Below, piece after piece: positions 24,806 to 36,072 of a stretch of 64,000 nucleotides of DNA. The stretch is from an uncultured Collinsella sp. Lineage in GTDB: Bacteria > Actinomycetota > Coriobacteriia > Coriobacteriales > Coriobacteriaceae. A program made the position numbers and the translations under genes. The notes beneath the pieces are model-generated. The model was not told where the DNA came from. It did no database searches and saw only the letters and a list, made by a program, of their open reading frames with translations. Where the stretch lies: positions 63,490 to 127,489 of the forward strand of contig CATZIX010000007.1 in assembly GCA_958420205.1 (NCBI GenBank), in the 5' to 3' direction. Numbering within the stretch: position 1 is the first letter of the stretch; every line of letters starts with the position of its first letter.

Positions 24806-26458
24806 GTGGCGGGTAGATTGGGGCCTTCCTTGATTCGATGCGTTCTCTCGAGGTTCATCAGAGCAAAAGGGGCTTTCGTCTTCATTGCTATCACGGTGAT
24901 TGGAACCGCTCTCTCCTATGCCATGCCATACGTGAACGGAAAATTTTTAGATTTTCTTCTCGGTAACCGCAGCGAAAGAGACGCCGCACTCTTCGCACTC
25001 CTGGTTGCGTCAATAGGAGTTTTCTCCACCCTCTTTACTTATTTTGCAGGAACACTTTCCATTCGCATAAGCACGAGACTTTCCTTTGATCTTCTCAGGG
25101 AGGCCGTCTTGCGTTTTGAAAGAGACGATTACTTGGTGAGTCGGACCATCGATCCAGCCTATACAACGCAACGGATTATTTCCGACTCCAGCGTGGTCTC
25201 ATCCTTCGTTTTGGCGAATTTCATCAGTGCGCCGCTGTCCATTGTAGCTATTCCCATCGTATTGCTTATCATATGGTCAATTGATTCAACTCTCGCGGTG
25301 TTTTCCATCATTCTCCTCATCGTGTATTTCTGTGTAATTACTGGGTTGAGGAAACTTTTGTATAGGGTCACGTATGAGAAGAAAGAGGCGGACAGCGCCT
25401 TTTACGCCGCAATTGCATCGCAGCTTAATCAGATTCTCAACATTCAACTGGCATCTTCGTACGGCAAGAGCGAACAAGCGCTCGACGCTGGGTTTAAGAG
25501 CTATTTTCCCAAAGTTTTGCGCTCCGGAAAGCTATCATATTCTCTGACATCGCTCGATGGTCTTTTCGCAGCGTTGTTTCAAGCGGTGATACTTGTTGTT
25601 TCCGGAGTACGAATCATTAACGGAACTATGTCAATAGGCGAGTACACTATCATCGGTACATACTTCGCGGTTCTCTTTAAGACTTTGAAAAGTATGATGT
25701 CATTGTTCAAATCCTATCAAGATGCCAAAGCATCATGGGATAGGACGGCTATCGCGACGAGAGAAAAGGAGAGATCGGGGTGGAATCGGACCGATTTAGC
25801 TAAACTCGATGAAATAAATGACATTTCGGTATCTGATTTGGAATTCTCGGTTGCCCTTCCAGACGGATCTGTCCGAGAGGTCCTCGGCGGGTTTTCTTTC
25901 AAGTTTTCCGGTCCTGGTACATATTGCATAGTTGGGGAAAACGGAAGAGGCAAGACATCACTTCTTTACTTGATGCTCGGGCTATACTCATCGAAAGGCA
26001 AAGTAAAATACAACGGCGTGCCAATCGAAGAATGCGACTTGGATTACATACGTGCGAGAGAGATATCGTGCTGCCCACAGTCGTGCTTCGCGCCGGACGA
26101 AACGGTGAAAGAGCTGTTAGAGTATTTCGACACGCCCTTTTCTTCCTATCACCGGGGTGTAGATGGCCTACTTTCGCTGGAAAACAGCGTGAAGGAGTTG
26201 CTCGGGAAACGTTGCTCCGCGCTTTCGGGCGGTGAGCTGCGCCGAGTGTACTTATGGTCGGCGATTTCACGCAAGTCGTCAGTTTTGGTACTCGACGAGC
26301 CCACGACTGGGTTAGACGCTGTAAGCCGCGCCGAGCTTGCGGCCTATGTTAAGCGCAACAAGCAAAGCCAGCTGATCATCGTTGTCTCTCACGATGACGA
26401 GATGGTCGGCGCGGTAGAAGGGGTAGTGGATTTAGGCAGCATGTACCAGGGTAAATGA
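24806..26458 (+). CDS. fused TMD-NBD ABC exporter (no C39 peptidase domain)
   Basis: The N-terminal ~300 aa holds six hydrophobic segments. The NBD has Walker A GENGRGKTS, Q-loop CCPQS, signature LSGGELRR, Walker B VLVLDEPTTGLD and H-loop VVSHD. The start codon is uncertain (GTG 24806). Confidence 0.85.
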   Translation: MAGRLGPSLIRCVLSRFIRAKGAFVFIAITVIGTALSYAMPYVNGKFLDFLLGNRSERDAALFALLVASIGVFSTLFTYFAGTLSIRISTRLSFDLLREAVLRFERDDYLVSRTIDPAYTTQRIISDSSVVSSFVLANFISAPLSIVAIPIVLLIIWSIDSTLAVFSIILLIVYFCVITGLRKLLYRVTYEKKEADSAFYAAIASQLNQILNIQLASSYGKSEQALDAGFKSYFPKVLRSGKLSYSLTSLDGLFAALFQAVILVVSGVRIINGTMSIGEYTIIGTYFAVLFKTLKSMMSLFKSYQDAKASWDRTAIATREKERSGWNRTDLAKLDEINDISVSDLEFSVALPDGSVREVLGGFSFKFSGPGTYCIVGENGRGKTSLLYLMLGLYSSKGKVKYNGVPIEECDLDYIRAREISCCPQSCFAPDETVKELLEYFDTPFSSYHRGVDGLLSLENSVKELLGKRCSALSGGELRRVYLWSAISRKSSVLVLDEPTTGLDAVSRAELAAYVKRNKQSQLIIVVSHDDEMVGAVEGVVDLGSMYQGK

Positions 26459-27050
26459 TGACAAGTGTAGTGCTACCCAACTGGCAGAGATAACAAAAAG
26501 GCGATGCAGATGCACGTAGCATTCAGGCGGTTCGGACTCGGTGCCTTCACGCCATCGCAACGCTTTCAGATATAGTTCTCGTTCTCTTACTAAAGGAAAC
26601 TTTAGTCTACGTCATCTTGTCGAGACAGAGGTGAAGCGAAGTGTTGTCGCGACGTATCTTATTCCAGGTGGCTCAGTATCAGCGTGAGAATCGCACCAAA
26701 GTGTACTTACGATTCTCGTGTCCCACGGACAACATGAGCTGAGCATTGAGGTTCCACCCTTTGCTGCAACTACACGGGGTTGGACGGCAATGAATATGCC
26801 GGGCCGCATACCACGCGCAGCGGGGGTCCATGTCCCAGTATGTTGCCTACAGCAGCCTCGATGTCCGCGCACACATCATCTCTGCCTTCGCGTTCAATCC
26901 ATTTGCCGGAGAGTGCGAGGGTTGCCAGGCCGTAGAATTCGAGCCGAACAAATGAAATGCGGTATCAGCGCATAGGATTAAACTGACGATTGCTTTGCAC
27001 TGAGAATACGCTTGGAAAGCCGCTATGGGTGGCGGCCCGGGTTAAATAGA

Positions 27051-27093
27051 GAAGCCCGTCCGATCACTTTCATGTGGCGAACGGTCGGGCTTC
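27051..27093 (-). terminator. hairpin GAAGCCCG(T)CCG...CGG(T)CGGGCTTC downstream of the minus-strand peptide operon
   Basis: An 11-bp stem with one mismatch and T/A-rich flanks on both sides. It lies 66 nt after the stop of the 35-aa ORF. Confidence 0.45.
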
Positions 27094-27158
27094 TTATTCC
27101 ACTTGCCAATGCTCGGCTCATATTGGAAGAAAGCTACGCTAATGTTTGCGTGACACTC

Positions 27159-27266
27159 CTATTTTCTCCGAAGAAAGAGTCGGATAATGAAGAATAGAAT
27201 TAAAAAAGGTGCCAGATATAACGCAAGTATAAAGGCTAATCCAACGAGACCTTGCAATAATGGCAT
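27159..27266 (-). CDS. 35-aa hydrophobic peptide MPLLQGLVGLAFILALYLAPFLILFFIIRLFLRRK (candidate membrane/immunity or accessory peptide)
   Basis: Not in the ORF track (below 60 aa). GGGAGGAG RBS lies 4 nt before the ATG. A single TM helix is followed by a basic tail. It sits directly downstream of the precursors on the same strand. Confidence 0.4.
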   Translation of the reverse strand: MPLLQGLVGLAFILALYLAPFLILFFIIRLFLRRK

Positions 27267-27344
27267 AACTCCTCCCAGACACGAGATTTTGGTATTTGTT
27301 CCCATCTTATTCTGAATTGGACCAAATAGTTCCTAGCCACAAAA

Positions 27345-27524
27345 CTACTCGTCAACTGGATCGCACCAATCTGCTGGCAAAACACAGCTTGATTCTTTAT
27401 CGACATAGCACCAATCCGCAACAGGGCACTCGGCGATGTCGTAAAAATTGCATATATCAACTCCAAGACAACAAGGCTCAACGGGAGGATGTTCATTTGA
27501 ACCAACAGGATGGATATGCTTCAT
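27345..27524 (-). CDS. RiPP precursor peptide 2 (59 aa): MKHIHPVGSNEHPPVEPCCLGVDICNFYDIAECPVADWCYVDKESSCVLPADWCDPVDE
   Basis: Hand-translated; absent from the ORF track (below 60 aa). The ATG is preceded by AAGGTGAGGAG. It shares the MKHIHP leader and the C-LG-x-DIC-x-(V/F)YD block with precursor 1. It has 7 Cys and 10 Asp/Glu. Confidence 0.75.
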   Translation of the reverse strand: MKHIHPVGSNEHPPVEPCCLGVDICNFYDIAECPVADWCYVDKESSCVLPADWCDPVDE

Positions 27525-27554
27525 AACAGCTCCTCACCTTAATCCAATTAGAGA

Positions 27555-27758
27555 CTACGTTTGATCAATGCCACAGTGATCTACAACGCAGATGCTGCCG
27601 CCATCCATGTCATAGTCGCAGTAATCGTATGCACCACAGCCATCTGCTTTATCATAAACAGTACAGATGTCAGTAATGCCCAAGAGGCAGTCAAAAGACA
27701 TCGGCTTCACGCCTGCCTCGTCGCCACTTCCTGGATTAATCGGATGAATATGCTTCAC
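27555..27758 (-). CDS. RiPP precursor peptide 1 (67 aa from GTG): MKHIHPINPGSGDEAGVKPMSFDCLLGITDICTVYDKADGCGAYDYCDYDMDGGSICVVDHCGIDQT
   Basis: This is the 3' part of track ORF 27555..27806. GTG 27758 is preceded by GGGAGG plus 5 nt, and using it gives the same MKHIHP N-terminus as precursor 2. It has 6 Cys and 11 Asp, and lies immediately downstream of the rSAM gene. Confidence 0.8.
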   Translation of the reverse strand: MKHIHPINPGSGDEAGVKPMSFDCLLGITDICTVYDKADGCGAYDYCDYDMDGGSICVVDHCGIDQT

Positions 27759-27927
27759 GACTACCTCCCTTTGAGTGCAGAAAAACCTCAATATTGTGTA
27801 TAACAAACCAAGATGTCTAGTTCACCATATTTCTAGAATGGTTTCGGCGAATGTAGCAATAAGCTTCGCAGACGGTAATCAGAAGAACGAACACCTCCAC
27901 AATGGTGACAGCAATGCGCTGAACCGC

Positions 27928-29286
27928 TTATTCCGATACAGTAGCTTCTCGTTGATTTTTCTCCTGCGAAGATGAGTGGCGGGAAATAAGGTCAAAAGCC
28001 ATCTCGTAGCACATTTTTCTATATTCACATGATGCAGGGTGTAGACTCTTGGGCAAGTAGCCGTGCTCGTCTGCAGCCTCCCAGCTACAGCCCCCACCAC
28101 AGAAAGACCGAGCCCAACAGTCCGTACAGTCAATTCTTTTTTCGACACCCTGACTCCAGTTTTCAATATACCTAGTTTCGTCAATTCCGGTGACGATGTT
28201 GCCCATTTTGAATCGCATCATCCCGACAAACCTGTGACAGGGGTATACGTCCCCTTCGGGAGTCACGGAAATAAAACGCCTGCCAGCCCCGCATCCGACA
28301 AAGGCGATCCTGTTGCTCATAATCAAATCAACTGCAGTTTTCAATGTTCTAAACAAGGGCTTTTCCCCTTGATCAATCTGTTTGAGATATTGATCCGCCA
28401 AATCTATTAGGCCCGCCCTGATTTTGTTTAATGAGTGTTCGTCGAGTTTGATATTCTCATCGAATGAGCTCACGGGCGAGAAGTAAATCCTTCTGAAGCC
28501 CATCTCTTTAAACTGAAGATAGTCTTCAACAAGGTTACAGTTATTATTTGTTAAGGTCGCTCTTGCGCCGAAGGGGAACGACTCGGAAAAACGACGAACG
28601 TTTTTGTCGATATCGGAGAAAGAGCCGCCTCCCGTCTTGTACGGGCGCGATGCATCGTGCTTGCATCCTGTACCATCGAGACTAATCAGAACAGAAAACC
28701 CGTGCTCCTTGAAAGAATTCACAGCAGTGTCATTCAAAAGCGTTCCGTTGGTCGTAATAGAATAGGTAAAGTTTCTATTGGGGTATATTCTTTTTGAATA
28801 GTCGACCGTTTTCCATATCAGCGGCTCGTTAATCATGGGTTCCCCACCAAAAAAGACGATCGCAAGCGTTTCGTTTTCCGATGAACTTGCGACGAGGTAG
28901 TCGACCGCCTTGAAGGCTATCTCGTCTGTCATCAGCAGAGGAGACGTTCCATAATCTCCTTTACCGGCAAAACAGTAACTACAACCAAGGTTGCATGCAT
29001 GTGAAACGTGGAGTTCGATGGATCTAAGTTTTCGAGGCGTGTCTTTTGTTAAGAAAGTCCGCTCAGACAATCGTTGATACTCATCAATGTCGTCTTCAAG
29101 TTCTGCTATGGTCGTTTGGTCGTAGCCTTTCGCAGCAAGTGACTTTGTTAGCAACTTCGAGTTGACCGTTCTTCCCGATGCTTCAAATATGCGAAGCGCA
29201 TCTTCTGATGCTTGGTCAACCTGAAAGCAATTGCGAGTGACCTCATCGAAGCAGTAACGACGATCACTTACTGAGAAAAAATGCAT
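27928..29286 (-). CDS. radical SAM enzyme with a C-terminal SPASM domain (peptide maturase; SCIFF/ranthipeptide/sactipeptide-maturase-like)
   Basis: The CX3CX2C motif is SHACNLGCSYCF. The SPASM cysteines are CGAGRRFISVTPEGDVYPC, CTDCWARSFCGGGC and CEYRKMC. The N-terminal ~100 aa looks like a peptide-recognition (RRE-type) domain. Start is ATG 29286, or GTG 29316 as in the track. Confidence 0.9.
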   Translation of the reverse strand: MHFFSVSDRRYCFDEVTRNCFQVDQASEDALRIFEASGRTVNSKLLTKSLAAKGYDQTTIAELEDDIDEYQRLSERTFLTKDTPRKLRSIELHVSHACNLGCSYCFAGKGDYGTSPLLMTDEIAFKAVDYLVASSSENETLAIVFFGGEPMINEPLIWKTVDYSKRIYPNRNFTYSITTNGTLLNDTAVNSFKEHGFSVLISLDGTGCKHDASRPYKTGGGSFSDIDKNVRRFSESFPFGARATLTNNNCNLVEDYLQFKEMGFRRIYFSPVSSFDENIKLDEHSLNKIRAGLIDLADQYLKQIDQGEKPLFRTLKTAVDLIMSNRIAFVGCGAGRRFISVTPEGDVYPCHRFVGMMRFKMGNIVTGIDETRYIENWSQGVEKRIDCTDCWARSFCGGGCSWEAADEHGYLPKSLHPASCEYRKMCYEMAFDLISRHSSSQEKNQREATVSE

Positions 29287-29802
29287 ACGTTCCTCAATTT
29301 CATGCTGGACTGGCACTAACCTTGTTTATTGTCGCGCAGCTATAAAAAACCACCAGCGGGGATTCGGTGTGCGGCCCAATCGGACTCCCAAAAGGTTCTA
29401 TTTGAGACTGGCAAGCTTTGTGTTGTTGGCACTTCGACAGCGCTCTTTATTCCAACATGGAGCCTCGCAGTTTGAGTCGACTTGCCTCTGGAAGGTCCGA
29501 TCTTAACTTGATTTAGGATGAAAACAGATTACAGGCGCGCTCCTCTAGAAAGAAAGGAAACCAATCGCCGCCTTTCACCAGGAAAGTTTTCATAGCCCAC
29601 CTCGAGCAAAATGAAAGATGCGAGAGCGATTGGGGAACAACGCGAATCTCCCCTTTTGGGTGGGAGCGAGCCTTCAGCCACCGGCGAACGACTCGCCCTG
29701 GTCAGAATCTGGAAGTGGTGCCGGGCCGCTTGGGCCTCCCCGGTGACTTCGTGGGGCTTACCTGCCTGACGTCGAGGAGTACATCCGCAAGATTCGTTCC
29801 CT

Positions 29803-30276
29803 ATGCCGTTTGCTCTCACGCCCGCCTTAGTTCCAAGTCGGGCGAGCCGCCGCGCTCATGCGACCCGTGGCGGCGACACGTCGACGCCGCGCTCGCTGAG
29901 CACATCTTCGGTCGCGGGCGAGCACGAGGTCGCGCCGGCGCATCCGCTGGGACTGCTGTGCGTGCAAAACGGCTACGTGGTGAGCGTCCCGCGCTGGATT
30001 CAGCCGAGTGAGGAAGGCGTTGAGATCGGCGCGCTGGCAACGGGGGAGGGCGGCATCACCGACGACGTCTCGGCCCGCCATGCCCATATCTGGTGCGATG
30101 CTCAAAATATCTGGCACGTCGAGGACTTGTCGTCCACCAACGGAACCGTGGTGGTAAACGGGGCCACGCGCGTCTGCATTCAGGTCGAGCCCGGCCGTTC
30201 CGCCCAACTCAATCCCGGCGACGAGCTCAAGCTCGGCGAATCCACTACCTACGCCATCCTCTTCGGTGCCCTCTAG
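29803..30276 (+). CDS. 5'-truncated paralog of the FHA-domain gene 22603..23541 (complete FHA core, no N-terminal domain); possibly a pseudogene
   Basis: From HATRGG... onward it aligns with the C-terminal half of the 312-aa protein, and the last ~65 codons are almost identical. There is no convincing RBS at ATG 29803. Confidence 0.5.
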   Translation: MPFALTPALVPSRASRRAHATRGGDTSTPRSLSTSSVAGEHEVAPAHPLGLLCVQNGYVVSVPRWIQPSEEGVEIGALATGEGGITDDVSARHAHIWCDAQNIWHVEDLSSTNGTVVVNGATRVCIQVEPGRSAQLNPGDELKLGESTTYAILFGAL

Positions 30277-30382
30277 CCGGCAGATAGGGACGTTCCTTTT
30301 CTGCCGGCACTTGGGGACACTTCTTGGCGCACCAGGGCCGGTCGCCCAGGGATGGAGGGGCCATTTTGGCCCTTGGCAGTCA
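29860..30382 (+). repeat. right copy of the direct repeat flanking the island
   Basis: See 23109..23647. Relative to the left copy it carries a 9-nt deletion (GTCGGCGAC). Confidence 0.85.
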
Positions 30383-30727
30383 CCCAAGGTAAACCTTTAC
30401 CGCCCGCCTATATTTGCCGAAATTACACTTGACGGCGGGGTACAATAAGCCCGCATGCGGATTTCCGTTGCGGGCGCTTCCCATCGCCGGGGCGTGCCCG
30501 GGAGCATCCGGCATGCGGCCTTTGCGGCGCTCGGTCATGTGCAAGACGGGCGGTCGGGTCTGTGGGGCGCATCAGCTGCTCCTCGCCTCGGCATGTCTTC
30601 TCTCCACGCCACGTACCTGCTGCTGAGCCTGCCTGCCAGATGATTGGAAGCAACAGCGTAAATCCCATCACGCCAACATCCCGGCGATCGCCGGGGCCTG
30701 TATACCTATATGAGAGGAGAGGGGTAT

Positions 30728-34267
<3,540 letters not shown>

Positions 34268-34318
34268 GTCTCCCACCGCAGGATCTGAGGACTGACCTTC
34301 GCGGACGTCCTCGGACAT

Positions 34319-34361
34319 GAAAGAACCCCCGCTGCGCACTACGTGCGGCGGGGGTTCTTTC
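34319..34361 (+). terminator. stem-loop GAAAGAACCCCCGC...GCGGGGGTTCTTTC after nifJ
   Basis: A 14-bp perfect stem with a short T-rich tail. It is nested inside a larger palindrome at 34278..34402. Confidence 0.6.
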
Positions 34362-34921
34362 GTCCTGCGGAGTGTCCGCGAAGGTTAGCCCTCAGATCCT
34401 GCTACGACTACGTCCTCGGATGTGATGGCGGATGAAGGACGTGGTTGTGGGGGGCTTTTGTCCCCTTCGCTGTTTCGCGGCTTTGCCGCGAAACCTCGCG
34501 CCACTTTGGGGATGGATGGGGGACTTGGCCGTTGCCGCTTTTTCGGAGCTCTTCTTTATTCCTTTTGTTGGATGAAAAGCCCCTTGTTTTTGCAGGGGTG
34601 CATACTCGACTTATATGTGCATAGAATCTCGTATAGTGCGAGTAAGATATTGCGCTGTCTGTTTTGTGTTTAGCAAAGATATAGTTTGCATAATCCGACA
34701 TAATCCTCGCTTCATTTAAATAAAGTCGCACGTAAATTACGTAGATATGTCTTAGCTGGAGTTCTGTACGCTGAGCGGATAAAAACGACCGTTCACCGTT
34801 CCGCTATTTTCAAAATGAATAAAATGAGCGATAAAGAGAATATAAACCTTAATAAACTCGCGTATCGCACGGACGCGGGTTATTAATGGGTTGTAGGCCT
34901 TTTACAGAAAGGATTCCAGCA

Positions 34922-35884
34922 ATGTCTAAGCCTCTTGGCAAGCCCGATCGTATTGTCGTCGCCCTTGGCGGCAACGCCCTCGGCAACAACCCCGTCGAGC
35001 AGATCGAGGCCGTGAGCAACACCGCCCATGCCCTCCTCGGCCTCATCGAGCAGGGCAACGAGATCATCATCACCCACGGCAACGGCCCGCAGGTCGGCAT
35101 GATCCAGAACGCCTTCGCCGCTGCCCACGATGCCATCGGTACCCCCGAGATGCCGCTGCCCGAGTGCGGCGCCATGTCCCAGGGCTACATTGGTTATCAC
35201 CTGCAGCAGGGCATCGGCCGCGAGATGCACAAGCGCTATAAGCGTTGGCACGCCGCCACCGTCGTCACCCAGATCGAGTGCGACCCGGATGATCCCGCGT
35301 TCAAGAACCCGACCAAGCCGATCGGCCCCTTCTACACCGAGGAGCAGGCCAAGGAGTTCATGGCCGAGGATCCCTCCAAGGTCTTCGTCGAGGATTCCGG
35401 CCGCGGCTGGCGTCGCGTCGTCGCTTCCCCCGATCCCAAGAAGATCGTCGAGGCTGACTCCATCCTCAACCTGCTCGACAACGAGTTCATCGTCATCGCC
35501 TGCGGTGGCGGCGGCATTCCCGTCGTCCGCGACTACGAGAACAAGGGCTGCTACAAGGGCGTTCCCGCCGTCATCGACAAGGACCTGGGCGGCGAGCTGC
35601 TGGCCGAGGACTGCGATGCTGACGTTCTGTTCCTGCTGACCGCCGTTGAGCATGTTGCCATCAACTTTGGCAAGCCCAACCAGGAGGAGCTCGAGGACCT
35701 CACCGCCGACGAGGCCGAGCGCCTGGCAGACGAGGGTCAGTTCGGCAAGGGTTCCATGGAGCCCAAGGTTCGCGCTGCCATCAAGTTCGCCCGTTCCCGC
35801 AAGGGCCGCACCTGCATCATCGGCGCTCTGGACAAGGCCGCCGAGACCATGGCTGGCCTCTCCGGTACCCGCATTCACGAGTAG
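34922..35884 (+). CDS. arcC: carbamate kinase
   Basis: IVVALGGNAL, ITHGNGPQVG and IACGGGGIPV are carbamate kinase / amino-acid kinase family signatures. Confidence 0.88.
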   Translation: MSKPLGKPDRIVVALGGNALGNNPVEQIEAVSNTAHALLGLIEQGNEIIITHGNGPQVGMIQNAFAAAHDAIGTPEMPLPECGAMSQGYIGYHLQQGIGREMHKRYKRWHAATVVTQIECDPDDPAFKNPTKPIGPFYTEEQAKEFMAEDPSKVFVEDSGRGWRRVVASPDPKKIVEADSILNLLDNEFIVIACGGGGIPVVRDYENKGCYKGVPAVIDKDLGGELLAEDCDADVLFLLTAVEHVAINFGKPNQEELEDLTADEAERLADEGQFGKGSMEPKVRAAIKFARSRKGRTCIIGALDKAAETMAGLSGTRIHE

Positions 35885-35950
35885 TCTCTACTCTGTTGCC
35901 TCTCTCGTGGGCGCCAGGTAAAGCGCCCACAAACTAGCCTCTCTTCATGA

Positions 35951-35984
35951 GCCCCGCAGTCCGCTCCGACTGCGGGGCTTTTGC
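35951..35984 (+). terminator. rho-independent terminator GCCCCGCAGTC-CGCTCC-GACTGCGGGGC-TTTTGC after arcC
   Basis: An 11-bp GC-rich stem followed by a T-run. Confidence 0.75.
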
Positions 35985-36072
35985 TATTCACCTAGTCATT
36001 GGGGACGTTCTTAAATGACTAGTCAAACAAGAGCGTCCCCAATGACCACTCATTTAAGTCTGTCCCCAATGA

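Larger units (their letters stand above)
23648..29859. other. AT-richer genomic island carrying the RiPP-like locus; no recombinase gene seen inside
   Basis: Base composition drops abruptly relative to both flanks. The island is bounded by the direct repeats. It contains a methyltransferase remnant, an ABC exporter, an rSAM/SPASM gene and precursor peptides. Confidence 0.75.

Noticed and set aside
26612-26975. Intermediate-GC patch inside the island with overlapping ORFs on both strands. One minus-strand frame reads FVRLEFYGLATLALSGKWIEREGRDDVCADIEAAVGNILGHGPPLRVV.
   Set aside because: It looks protein-like and may be a remnant of a decayed gene, but I cannot assign any family. There is no start or RBS and the frames are broken. 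blastx would be needed.
27236-27505. 89-aa track ORF on the minus strand overlapping precursor 2 and the 35-aa ORF.
   Set aside because: It is an alternative frame with no RBS and no recognisable features. The in-phase small ORFs each have strong RBSs, and precursor 2 shares a leader with precursor 1.
27561-28410. Track ORFs 27561..27803(+), 27775..27975(+), 27879..28184(-) and 28063..28410(+).
   Set aside because: They are antisense or out of frame relative to precursor 1 and the rSAM/SPASM gene, and have no supporting signals.
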